Positions 27,921-39,300 of a DNA stretch of 64,000 nt are shown here, in pieces; within the stretch, counting starts at the first letter, position 1; every line of letters starts with the position of its first letter. The position numbers and the translations under genes are program-made. Source of the stretch: Eledone cirrhosa (taxonomy: Eukaryota); the NCBI GenBank assembly GCA_964016885.1, contig OZ024741.1, positions 274,164,001 to 274,228,000 on the forward strand, in the 5' to 3' direction. The notes under the pieces were generated by a model, which made no database searches, was not told the origin of the DNA, and saw only the letters and a list, made by a program, of their open reading frames with translations.

Positions 27921-28352
27921 GCTGCCAAGAAAGAAATTTTTCGGCAAAAATAGATATTTATTTTACCCCCTAAAAAGGGGGTAAATGCAAAAATGTTTCC
28001 CTAAATAACAGGGGTTAGTGTTCCAAATGTGTTGCACTAAAAAATTTATCCGGTACTTACAATAGTAAGGGTAAATCCCGATGGAATAGCGGAGCCGATG
28101 CGAAGCGTGTCTTACTCTATCAAGATAGATAGATAGATTTCTTTATTTACCATAAAGGCATAAAAAGAAGGGACAAATACAAAGGGGGAGTTTACATATA
28201 ATCGAGTAAAAAGGGTGTAACATGAAAATAATCGAAAATAACCTCAAAAGGGAGGGGACGTGATGGGGGTTGCACACACCCCCGAAAAAGTGTGCAATCC
28301 TTTGCCCGGGGAGCACATGGAGAAGGTGCTCCCCTCTCCTTTACTTCTTTAC

Positions 28353-31300
28353 CTACAGGATGGTATACAGAGAAGGCCCATTTACACGAGCCATTCTCGC
28401 CACTATCACCCACCTTTCATAAAACTGCCTGTGGCCAAGCACCTCTCTCTCCATTCTTATCCTTCTTCCGAAGTGATATCGGAAGAAGTAGACCAGACTA
28501 TGGCCAGAGAGGAAGTTGCCTGACCTCAGACCTTTCAATCGTGTCCACCAAACAACCTCTTTCAACATGGCTATTACGCACAGAAAAACCGCCTTTGCTT
28601 CCTTTGTGAAGAGGGGAGGCGGTTTGATTGTCATCACGGACTCGGCGGTCAATTTAATCGGCGCCACCCGCGACAGCAGTTGTTCGGCGTAGCCCCACAG
28701 ATCAGCCACGCCAGGACATTGCACCAATGCGTGCGCCACGGTTTCTTCGTGACGCACGCACCTAGGGCAAATCTTTTTTGAGGGATCCCTGCCCGGGCGC
28801 CCGTGTCTGTAGAGCCTCTCTCGAACGGGTAGAGCCCCTCGGTAGCACTGCCAGGCCAGTGACTTCTGGAAGTTGTCCATTGGTCCTGGGCCGAAAGTCC
28901 TACCGAACAGGCTGGCCAGTTCGTCTTCTTCCATGTCCAGCGACTCTCCAAGGGTGTCATCGCCCCTGCTAGCCACCAGCCCTCTATAGAATGATGAGGT
29001 GGATTCTCCACCGATGGCCCGGCCCGCTTGCCAGAGAGCCCTGAGCGCCTGAGCACACTCAGTGTGCCAGTCTCCCAGTTTTCCGGATCTTTGCTTGACC
29101 CAGGACTGTAGCTCGGTGAGTGAGACGAGTCTCGGAAAGGCTCGTTTCACGAACGGAGCCCACACCGGTTGACCAGTGAGGAATACCTGTAGGTGCCGTA
29201 GCCTTAATGCGTGCCTACGCATCATCAACCACGGCATCCCCAGCCCTCCTTTCGAAGGTTGTTGGCAGCAGATGGATCTTCTCACCATAGGAGGACGCTT
29301 CTTCCAAAGAAATTGGAAGAGCATGCGTTCCATGGTGGTGAGTGTTTCCTTAGGGCAAGGCACGACAGTCAGGCGGTAGTAAGTGACGGACGCTATGTAA
29401 ATGTTCGCCACCTCCGCCCGGCCTTTTAGGGACAGCTTACACTTGGCCCATTTCTGGGTTAGTGCAAACACCTTGTTCGTAACCTCGTTCCAGTTCTTTT
29501 CCACCTGGAGGTCCGGTCCAAACCAGACCCCAAGCAACTTTACCGGGCCCTCCGTCCAGTGTCCGACGACACCGTCAGGAGGCATCGGTTTGCCTCTCCA
29601 CGTTCCGAGTTGCAGCCCGATGGATTTTTCCCGGTTCAGTTTCGCTCCTGACAACCTTTCGTACTCCTCCAGTAAGGTACCGATCGCCTCGATCTCCGAG
29701 TCGGTTGATACCATTACTGTTACGTCATCGGCGTAGGCCGACACCGCTTTGCTCAATCCTGGTTCCAGGGGGATACCCTGCAACAACTCCAACTTCCTCA
29801 GTAAAGGCTCGAGAGTCAATACGTACAGAAGGGAGGAGAGAGGGCACCCCTGTCGAATGGATCGTGTGATTTCGAACGGCTTCGAAAGGTAGCCGTTCAC
29901 CTTGATCCTAGAACAGATGTGGTTGCTATGTAGGGCAGTGATCCAGCCTCTGAAAACAGGACCGAACCCAGCCGCCGCTAGCACCGCATCCAGGTAACCA
30001 TGGTCGACCCTATCGAAGGCCTTAGACTGATCCAAGTTGATCAGGGCCCCACCGAAGCCGGGTTTGTTGCCAACCCTCTCTATGATGTATCGCATGAGGT
30101 GGAGGTTATCGTGAATGGACCTGGATGGGATAGCACATGTCTGCGCATCTCCCACCAGGCCACCCACGACAAGCGCCAACCTCTTTGCTAACACCTTGGC
30201 CAAAATCTTTAACTCTGTGTTTAGCAGGGTTATGGGCCGAAAATTATTTATACTATCCCCCTTTTTCTCGTCCTTCCTCACCAGCGTGACTACGCCCTTG
30301 GCTACAGAACAAGGAATTCTCCCGTTCTGCTGCCAATTGCAGTAGACCGCTTCGAGGAGTTCGGAGAAGAAGACCGGCATTGCTAAATAAAGTTCGTAAG
30401 GTATACCATCGAGACCTGGAGATTTGCGTCTGCTGCATTGGCTCATCGCATCTCCGATCTCATCAGCCGAGATTGGTCCCTCGCAGGACTCTGCCTCTTT
30501 GTTCGAGAGACGCGGCAGGCCGTCGAGGTATGGACCGAAATCCACGCCCCGGCCCGGACCCTCGCCTCCCCCGAACAATCGGGCAAAGTGCTTTTGAAAG
30601 GCCTCGCACATCTGCTTAGGCTCCCGGATCACTCGTCCATCTTCGTCTTGCAACGACCGGATGGTGGATCGATTTCCACTTTTAGCTTCTGTCACGCGGG
30701 CCCATCCAACGGCTTTGGCCCCCTCATTACCTAGAGCACGTATTTTACTTCGAATGACGCAGCCTTCATGCTTTGCATCGAAAAACTGGTTCAAGGCCGT
30801 CCTCGATGCCAGCACTCTGGCCACATCTTCGCTCTTGATTGCCTCTTCTAATTTACCTGTTAATTCTTTCTCGTTTCTATTCCTATTGGCAGCTAACAAC
30901 TTGCTATAACTTATTGATTCTGTTCTAATCTCTCTTTTGAGAGATGCCCACCATCGGTTGTTGACGATTGCACCCGTCAACCTCTCCTTAACTAATCTGC
31001 TAATCCGGTTTCTGTAAGTCTCTTTTGCCGGTAAAGACAAATTAAGTTTCCAGTAACCGGGACCCTGTCTATGTGTTTTCTCGAGATTGACCACGCAGGT
31101 CACTAATTTGTGATCCGTGTAGCCAACCGTGCGCATTTCTGGACAGCTTAATATGTCCCTATCCTTACTTCTAACTAAGAATCTATCTAAGTACGATCTA
31201 GATTGACCACTGTGGTTTCTCCAAGTCCAGGTAGGCACAGTTGGAAAATCTAGTCGATATCTATCGACCAAGTTAAAACGGTCGAGTAACCCCTTGAGGC

Positions 31301-31688
31301 TGTTACACCCCCCTCTATTAGGACATGCTCCTGCATAGTCCCAACGTGCATCTAGGATGTCATTCCAATCCCCCGCTAGAAGCAGGGAACGCGACGTTCC
31401 CAGAAAAGTCTCCAAACGCTGGAAGAAGTCGGGCCGTTCAGCTCCGAAAGGGGAGTAGACGGCGACCAGTCTCAAGGCCGCACTTTCACTACTGCCAACG
31501 TCTAGCACCAACAAACGACCCTCCGGGTCCGAGTGCACAACCTGTACGGCAAGACCCAGGTGTTTTTGCAGCAGCACGACAACCCCACCCCCACCTCCAG
31601 GTTGACAGAGAGATGCATGCACCTCAAAGTCATCGAAGGTGGGGGCCAGCTGCCGCATGACGCTGATTCGAGTCTCACAGATAACCAT
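28353..31688 (-). CDS. Copy B ORF2 (APE-RT-zf), with the APE N-terminus deleted
   Basis: QGCPLS, YADD, SYLDRF, TDH. Lacks the LNARGL segment. Confidence 0.88.
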   Translation of the reverse strand: MVICETRISVMRQLAPTFDDFEVHASLCQPGGGGGVVVLLQKHLGLAVQVVHSDPEGRLLVLDVGSSESAALRLVAVYSPFGAERPDFFQRLETFLGTSRSLLLAGDWNDILDARWDYAGACPNRGGCNSLKGLLDRFNLVDRYRLDFPTVPTWTWRNHSGQSRSYLDRFLVRSKDRDILSCPEMRTVGYTDHKLVTCVVNLEKTHRQGPGYWKLNLSLPAKETYRNRISRLVKERLTGAIVNNRWWASLKREIRTESISYSKLLAANRNRNEKELTGKLEEAIKSEDVARVLASRTALNQFFDAKHEGCVIRSKIRALGNEGAKAVGWARVTEAKSGNRSTIRSLQDEDGRVIREPKQMCEAFQKHFARLFGGGEGPGRGVDFGPYLDGLPRLSNKEAESCEGPISADEIGDAMSQCSRRKSPGLDGIPYELYLAMPVFFSELLEAVYCNWQQNGRIPCSVAKGVVTLVRKDEKKGDSINNFRPITLLNTELKILAKVLAKRLALVVGGLVGDAQTCAIPSRSIHDNLHLMRYIIERVGNKPGFGGALINLDQSKAFDRVDHGYLDAVLAAAGFGPVFRGWITALHSNHICSRIKVNGYLSKPFEITRSIRQGCPLSSLLYVLTLEPLLRKLELLQGIPLEPGLSKAVSAYADDVTVMVSTDSEIEAIGTLLEEYERLSGAKLNREKSIGLQLGTWRGKPMPPDGVVGHWTEGPVKLLGVWFGPDLQVEKNWNEVTNKVFALTQKWAKCKLSLKGRAEVANIYIASVTYYRLTVVPCPKETLTTMERMLFQFLWKKRPPMVRRSICCQQPSKGGLGMPWLMMRRHALRLRHLQVFLTGQPVWAPFVKRAFPRLVSLTELQSWVKQRSGKLGDWHTECAQALRALWQAGRAIGGESTSSFYRGLVASRGDDTLGESLDMEEDELASLFGRTFGPGPMDNFQKSLAWQCYRGALPVRERLYRHGRPGRDPSKKICPRCVRHEETVAHALVQCPGVADLWGYAEQLLSRVAPIKLTAESVMTIKPPPLFTKEAKAVFLCVIAMLKEVVWWTRLKGLRSGNFLSGHSLVYFFRYHFGRRIRMEREVLGHRQFYERWVIVARMARVNGPSLYTIL

Positions 31689-31713
31689 TACATTTATACT
31701 ACATGACCTGAGG

Positions 31714-33581
31714 TCATTTAGAAGGTTCGGGTTGCACGACTTCCATGGGGTCGGGGGTGTTGGGTGAAGGGGTGTCTTGTGGTGGTGTGGGGTCGTCGGT
31801 GTGTGGTGGGGTTGGGGTGTTTGGAGTTGTGTTGGGGAGGGGAAGGGGAGGGGGAAAGCTTTTTAGTAGGACGCGGTTTATGGGTTTGACAGAGGGTGGT
31901 CCTACGTCCTCCTTAAAATCCTTTTTTAGTTTTTGGTAGAGGTTCATTGGGATTTTTATTAGTTTTAAATGTGGGTGGTTTTCTGATGAAACAAAGTTTA
32001 CACCTTCGGTTTGTACCGAAGGATTATTGTATATGAGTTCATTTAATTTATTATTGTTTCTGTTGATGTAAGTATAGTGTAATGTCTTTTTTTCCGATGG
32101 TGTGAGTGTTTCGAAGAGGGGAGGGGCAGGTTTGGTTTTGTTTGTTGCTGGAGGGGTGTTTTCTGTTTTGTTAGATTGTGTTGCGATTTGGGTGGGGGTT
32201 GTTTGTCCTTGTGTGTTTTGCACATGTTTTCTTTTTTTCCTTTTAATCTGTCTGAAGGACTCCGTTTCTTCCTCCGAATTCGTTGGGTTATCTTCAGTGT
32301 TGGAGGGAAGAGGTATGTTTGCTGGTAATGTTTCCGTGTTGGTTTTCTTTGTGGGGGAGATGGATGTCACTATGTTAGACTGTGTTGTGTGTTGTGTCTG
32401 CGGTGGTTGTGTTGTTTTATTGAGTGAGAGGTTGGGTGGGCCTGTATTTTGTTTTGGGGTAATGTGTTGTGACTGTTTGTGTTGTGGTGGTGTTGTGGTG
32501 TTACTGAGGGACGGGTTGGGTGGGACTGAGTTTTGTTGTTTGTTTATCTGTTGTGGTGGTGGTGGTGGAGCTGGTGTTGGTAGCAGGGTTTTCTTTTTGT
32601 TGAGTTGGGGACAAGCGGCCTTCAGGTGCCCTCTGCCTGCACAGATATGGCAGGACGGCCTTCTCCCCTCCACGCTAATGTTTATATACCCGTGGTCCTC
32701 TAATAGGATTCTGTCGGGTATTTGGGCGATGCGTTCAGGCTTCATTTGTACTACCAGCTCTATACCTGTTCCACTGAACGCATTGCCTGTGGTTTTCCCA
32801 ATGGAAATCACGTTGTCATTCACTGGATCGATGAAGCCAGCTATGAGCCAGCAGTAGTCCACATCTGGCATCATTGCATCCAGCCATATGCGTTGAGTTT
32901 TTTTTCCCATATAAGATGGATAAAAGGTGAAATTTTTCGAACGAATCGGTGACAAAGCACATTTTTTTGCCGCCGATTCGTTCTTCATGATAATTGCTAG
33001 GCTTCCATACAGTCTGTCTTTTCTTATGAAAGTTGTTTCATTCAGTACTTCTGCGAGTACTGTTTTGATATCTGCTTGAGAAGGCTGTTCAGGTTTTTTT
33101 GTACTGTTGTTGATGGTCCGAAACTTGACCGTTCGGCTTTCAATGTCTTTCGTGAATTCTTGAGGCATTTTTACCAATAAAATACCATTCTCACCTTCAC
33201 TTATGTATTGTTTTGCGTCCGTGATCCTTCGTACCACATCTGAAATGTTTTCCGCTATATAAGTCAAAGATTTCTTTGTTTTCTGTGCAAATGAAATCTT
33301 GTCGTCTGCTTTGTTTTCTGATATGATGTTATTTTCAACTGTTATTTTTTTGTTTGTTGTGTCTTTGTTTGTGTTATTAGTATTGTCATGCAATTTTTCA
33401 AATTTTTTTTTTCGTTGTTATCGTCATTTAATTTTTTCTCCGCAGATTCGTCCGTTTTTATTTTCATTTTTCCTTCCTTCTCTATGACGTTAGTTGGGAA
33501 GGAAGGGAGGACTAAAGCGTGCGAGCTTACAACTCTTACCGCTGTCCCCCCACCACTATTTTCGTTCGCTGCGTTTAACAT
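31714..33581 (-). pseudogene. Copy B ORF1 with probable homopolymer frameshift near 33403-33412
   Basis: CHICAGRGHLKAAC. ATG ORF 33342-33581 overlaps the 559-aa frame at a poly-A run. Confidence 0.75.
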
Positions 33582-33882
33582 TTCTGTTAGACGATTGAAA
33601 TTTTTTACACAAAATTTTTTTTAAAACAGGTTTTTCACCTCTAGGAGGGGTAAAGATGAGCTGACCCACCGCCTGACAGTTCAGACGGAGGGTCAAGCTA
33701 CACAATTGTATCAAAATTAAGTTTGAACTCACAAAATTTCCTCAATAAATTTGAACAAAACTTCTGTGCGAAGTGAATGACATCCACACTGTAGAACAGA
33801 CGACAGCTAGATTATTCTATCAAGATAGATAGATAGATAGATAGATAGATACACGGGTGTGTATGATTGTGTATAGAAGATT

Positions 33883-34270
33883 ATATTAATAAGAAGAATT
33901 CCAACTTTGTCTGATTTACTCGTTTTATTTACAATCCTTTAAAATTTATAATGGTATTATAATGAAATAGTATGATAGAATATTAAATGTTAAGTGTTAA
34001 TTGAACAAGTACTTTCATGCTTTCGCAATCTTCAGGTTCATAATATGTGGTGACAGTCAATTTTGCAATTTTCAACAGTTGATAATTGCAAACTTGACTG
34101 TCACCACACATTGTGAACCTGAAGATTGCGAAAGCATGAAAGTACTTGTTCAAATAATACTTAACATTTAATGTTCTATCATACTATTTCATTCTAATAC
34201 CATTATAAATTTTAAAGGATTGTAAATAAAACGAGTAAATCAGACAAAGTTGTAATTCCTCTTATTAATA
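33883..34270. mobile_element. Family B palindrome, copy 2; hammerheads at 34002-34040 (-) and 34114-34152 (+)
   Basis: tgaac-CTGAAGA-ttgcgaaagcat-GAAA-gtac-TT-gttca. Confidence 0.88.
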
Positions 34271-34577
34271 TATATATATATACATATATATATATATGTG
34301 TGTGTGTGCATGTGCGTGTGTGTGTGTGTATGTGTGTGTGTGTGTGCGTGCGTGCGTGTGTGTGTGTATGTTTATGTATAATTGGTTACAAAGGGTATTG
34401 CATCCTCAGTTACCAAGAGTTTCGTAATCAAATTGAACAGGGAAATATGCAAGCGATAACCGCAAGTCACTTGTCATATATTAATTTGTCTGACAGATGA
34501 CTGGCGGTTATCGCTCAGTTAGATCCAGAAGCCAATGGTAACTGACAATATAATGACATGTGTACGAATGATAGATA

Positions 34578-34630
<53 letters not shown>

Positions 34631-34717
34631 TTAAATATATATAAATAATAAAAAAATAAAAAATGTATCGCTCTACATGGCTGAATACAATAAATATAAT
34701 CTGAGTTTTTCGAATAT

Positions 34718-35035
34718 TAATAATTGTTTCTACTTTTGACACAAGACCAGCAATTACCCAGTGCATTACTGGTACTTTATTTTATCGACCCCGTAAGGAT
34801 GAAAGGCAAAGTTAACCTCAGCGGGATTTGAACTCAGATCATAAAGGGTCGTAACTCTATGCTACAAAGCAGGATGTTCGACCTCCTTCTACCAATACTG
34901 CCAATCAACCGCCCTTTTCGATTATTAATAATTGTTTCTACTTTAGGCACAAGGCTAGCAATTACCCAGTGCATTACTGGTACTTTATTTTATCGACCCC
35001 GTAAGGATGAAAGGCAAAGTCAACCTCGGCGGGAT
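34718..35035 (-). mobile_element. tRNA-derived SINE (34718-34913) plus a 5'-truncated copy (34925-35035)
   Basis: Reverse complement of the 4821 family. Confidence 0.85.
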
Positions 35036-35146
35036 TATATTAATAATAATATTCGATTCGTTTGCAATTACGTAGACAGACCCTTTTTTAAAGCCATGTC
35101 AGTAGAATGAGCCCCTCATTCTTGTGCTTGTGTTGGCATGTAAACA

Positions 35147-35196
35147 GAACTGAAGACACTAATGTTTCTGGGTATCACCCTTCATCAGTACAGCTC
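35147..35196 (-). ncRNA. Type I hammerhead (singleton family)
   Basis: gagctgta-CTGATGA-agggtgataccca-GAAA-cattagtg-TC-ttcagttc. Confidence 0.75.
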
Positions 35197-35381
35197 ACTG
35201 TTCACCTGCCAACTGTCAGAGCTAATGAAAATATATATTTTCTAAATTATACAGTGACTGATCGGCCTGATTTGCATATTAGCTGACTGGCTGGCCAGAG
35301 GCTGTTGTGTTACTCTATATATTCAACAACTGTGAAGGTGTTGTTGGGGTTGCTTTAACGGTAATGATGTGGTGTTGCTGT

Positions 35382-36300
35382 AGGTGATGGTGATGGTGAT
35401 GGTGATGGTGATGGTGAAAGGGTTGGTGATGGTGATGGTGATGGTGTTGGTTTTGATGATGGTGTTGGTTATGGTGTTAGTGTTTGTATTAGTATAGGTG
35501 ATGGGGCAGGTGTTGTTATTGGTGATGGTGATGGTGATGGGGTGGTGGTTGGTGATGGGATGGTGTTGGTGATGGTGATGGTGTTGGTGATGATGATGGT
35601 GTTAGTGTTTGTGTTAGTATTGGTGATGGGGCTGGTGTTGGGTATTGGTGTTGTTATTGGTGATGGTGATGGTGATGGGGTGGTGGTTGGTGATGGGATG
35701 GTGTTGGTGATGGTGATGGTGTTGGTGATGATGATGGTGTTAGTGTTTGTGTTAGTATTGGTGATGGGGCTGGTGTTGGGTATTGGTGTTGTTATTGGTG
35801 ATGGTGATGATGTTGTTGGTGATGGTGATGGTGATGGCGAGGTTGTTGGTGTTGGTGATGAGGTGGTGAGGGTGAGGGTAAGGGTATTCGTGATGGGGTG
35901 GTGTTTGGTGATGGTGATGGTGTTGGTTTTGATGAGGGTGTTGGTGATGGTGTTAGTGTTTGTGTTAGTATTGGTGATGGGGCTGGTGTTGTTATTGGTG
36001 ATGGTGATGATGTTGGTGGTGATGGTGATGGTGATGGCGAGGTTGTTGGTGATGGGGTGGTGTTGGTGGTGGTGATGGAGATGGTGATGGTGATGGCGAG
36101 GTTGTTGGTGATGGGGTGGTGTTGGTGATGGTGATAGTATTGGTGATGGTGTTGGCAATGTGATGGTGCTGGTGTTGGCGATGGTGATGTTCATGATGGT
36201 GGTGATGATGGTAATGATGGTGATGGTAGTGGTAATGGTAATGGTGATGTTGATGATGATGTTGGTTTGATGGTAATGGTGATGGTGATGGTGATGGTGT
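35382..36300. repeat. (GGTGAT)-type low-complexity tract with ~138-bp internal duplication
   Basis: Direct reading. Confidence 0.9.
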
Positions 36301-36365
36301 TAGTGTCGTAGGTGAAGTGGTAATATGATAGTATAGGTGTTGGTGTTAGTGTAGTTACTGACACT

Positions 36366-39300
36366 AGTATAGGTGTTGGTGGTAGTATAGGTGTTGGTGG
36401 TGGTATAGGTGTTGGTGGTAGTATAGGTGTTGGTGGTGGTGGTATAGGTGTTGGTGGTAGTATAGGTGTTGGTGGTGGTATAGGTGTTGGTGGTAGTATA
36501 GGTGTTGGTGGTGGTGGTATAGGTGTTGGTGGTAGTATAGGTGTGGTGGTAGTATAGGTGTTGGTGGTGGTAGTATAGGTGTTGGTGGTAGTATAGGTGT
36601 TGGTGGTGGTATAGGTGTTGGTGGTAGTATAGGTGTTGGTGGTGGTGGTATAGGTGTTGGTGGTAGTATAGGTGTTGGTGGTGGTGGTATAGGTGTTGGT
36701 GGTAGTATAGGTGTGGTGGTAGTATAGGTGTTGGTGGTGGTGGTATAGGTGTTGGTGGTAGTATAGGTGTGGTGGTAGTATAGGTGTTGGTGGTAGTATA
36801 GGTGTTGGTGGTAGTATAGGCGTTGGTGGTAGTATAGGTGTTGGTGGTGGTATAGGTGTTGGTGGTGGTATATGTGTTGGTGGTAGTATAGGTGTTGTTG
36901 GTAGTATATGTGTTGATGGTAGTATAGGTGTTGGTGGTAGTATATGTGTTGGTGGTGGTATAGGTGTTGGTGGTAGTATAGGTGTTGGTGGTAGTATATG
37001 TGTTGGTGGTAGTATATGTGTTGGTGGTAGTATAGGTGTTGTTGGTAGTATATGTGTTGGTGGTAGTATAGGTGTTGGTGGTAGTATAGGTGTTGGTGGT
37101 AGTATATGTGTTGGTGGTAGTATAGGTGTTGGTGGTAGTATATGTGTTGGTGGTAGTATAGGTGTTGGTGGTAGTATAGGTGTTGGTGGTGGTATAGGTG
37201 TTGGTGGTAGTATATGTGTTGGTGGTAGTATATGTGTTGGCGGTAGTATATGTGTTGGTGGTAGTATAGGTGTTGTTGGTAGTATATGTGTTGGTGGTAG
37301 TATAGGTGTTGGTGGTAGTATATGTGTTGGTGGTGGTATAGGTGTTGGTGGTAGTATAGGTGTCGGTGGTGGTAGTATAGGTGTTGGTGGTAGTATAGGT
37401 GTTGGTGGTAGTATAGGTGTTGGTGGTAGTATAGGTGTTAGTGGTAGTATAGGTATCGGTGGTGGTAGTATAGGTGTTGGTGGTGGTAGTATAGGTGTTG
37501 GTGGTAGTATAGGTGTTGGTGGTGGTATAGGTGTTGGTGGTAGTATAGGTGTTGGTGGTAGTATAGGTGTTAGTGGTAGTATAGGTGTGGTGGTAGTATA
37601 GGTGTTGGTGGTAGTATAGGTGTTGGTGGTAGTATAGGTGTTGGTGGTAGTATAGGTGTTGGTGGTAGTATAGGTGTTGGTGGTGGTATAGGTGTTGGTG
37701 GTAGTATAGGTGTTGGTGGTAGTATAGGTGTTGGTGGTAGTATAGGTGTTGGTGGTAGTATAGGTGTGGTGGTAGTATAGGTGTTGGTGGTAGTATAGGT
37801 GTTGGTGGTAGTATATGTGTTGGTGGTGGTATAGGTGTTGGTGGTAGTATAGGTGTCGGTGGTGGTAGTATAGGTGTTGGTGGTAGTATAGGTGTTGGTG
37901 GTAGTATAGGTGTTGGTGGTAGTATAGGTGTTGGTGGTAGTATAGGTGTTGGTGGTAGTATAGGTGTGGTGGTAGTATAGGTGTTGGTGGTAGTATAGGT
38001 GTTGGTGGTAGTATATGTGTTGGTGGTAGTATAGGTGTTGGTGGTAGTATAGGTGTTGGTGGTAGTATAGGTGTTGGTGGTAGTATAGGTGTTGGTGGTA
38101 GTATATGTGTTGGTGGTGGTATAGGTGTTGGTGGTAGTATAGGTGTCGGTGGTGGTAGTATAGGTGTTGGTGGTAGTATAGGTGTTGGTGGTAGTATAGG
38201 TGTTGGTGGTAGTATAGGTGTTAGTGGTAGTATAGGTATCGGTGGTGGTAGTATAGGTGTTGGTGGTGGTAGTATAGGTGTTGGTGGTAGTATAGGTGTT
38301 GGTGGTGGTATAGGTGTTGGTGGTAGTATAGGTGTTGGTGGTAGTATAGGTGTTAGTGGTAGTATAGGTGTGGTGGTAGTATAGGTGTTGGTGGTAGTAT
38401 AGGTGTTGGTGGTAGTATAGGTGTTGGTGGTAGTATAGGTGTTGGTGGTAGTATAGGTGTTGGTGGTGGTATAGGTGTTGGTGGTAGTATAGGTGTTGGT
38501 GGTAGTATAGGTGTTGGTGGTAGTATAGGTGTTGGTGGTAGTATAGGTGTGGTGGTAGTATAGGTGTTGGTGGTAGTATAGGTGTTGGTGGTATAGGTGT
38601 TGGTGGTAGTATAGGTGTTGGTGGTGGTAGTATAGGTGTTGGTGGTGGTAGTATAGGTGTTGGAGGTGGTATAGGTGTTGATGGTAGTATAGGTGTTGGT
38701 GGTGGTGGTATAGGTGTTGGTGGTAGTATAGGTGTTGGTGGTGGTGGTATAGGTGTTGGTGGTAGTATAGGTGTTGGTGGTGGTAGTATAGGTGTTGGTG
38801 GTGGTAGTATAGGTGTTGGTGGTGGTAGTATAGGTGTTGGTGGTAGTATATGTGTTGGTGGTGGTAGTATAGGTGTCGGTGGTGGTATAGGTGTTGGTGG
38901 TGGTATAGGTGTTGGTGGTAGTATAGGTGTTGGTGGTAGTATATGTGTTGGTGGTGGTAGTATAGGTGTTGGTGGTAGTATATGTGTTGGTGGTGGTAGT
39001 ATAAGTGTTGTTGGTGGTAGTATAGGTGTTGGTGGTAATATAGGTGTTGGTGGTAGTATAGGTGTTGGTGGTAGTATAGGTGTTGGTGGTGGTAGTATAG
39101 GTGTCGGTGGTGGTAGTATAGGTGTTGGTGGTAGTATAGGTGTCGGTGGTGGTAGTATAAGTGTTGGTGGTGGTAGTATAGGTGTTGGTGGTAGTATAAG
39201 TGTTGGTGGTGATAGTATAGGTGTTGGTGGTAGTATAAGTGTTGGTGGTGGTAGTATAGGTGTTGGTGGTGGTAGTATAGGTGTTGGCGGTAGTATAGGT

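Larger units (their letters stand above)
22420..28123 (-). mobile_element. Full-length Tx1/L1-clade LINE, copy A
   Basis: ORF1 + ORF2 + UTRs between (GATA)n tracts. Confidence 0.92.
28139..33823 (-). mobile_element. Near full-length Tx1/L1-clade LINE, copy B (distinct subfamily)
   Basis: Collinear with copy A and flanked by (GATA)n. Confidence 0.92.

Noticed and set aside
31714-31735. Copy B deletion as a spliced-out intron using the GTAAGT donor
   Set aside because: The junction (cccgaa|ccttct) does not keep the bases up to the donor position seen in copy A, so it is not a clean GT-AG removal.
26374-32857. Antisense ORFs over Tx1 ORF1 (238 aa, 251 aa)
   Set aside because: Shadow frames of the A/C-rich linker, with GTG starts and no conserved domain.
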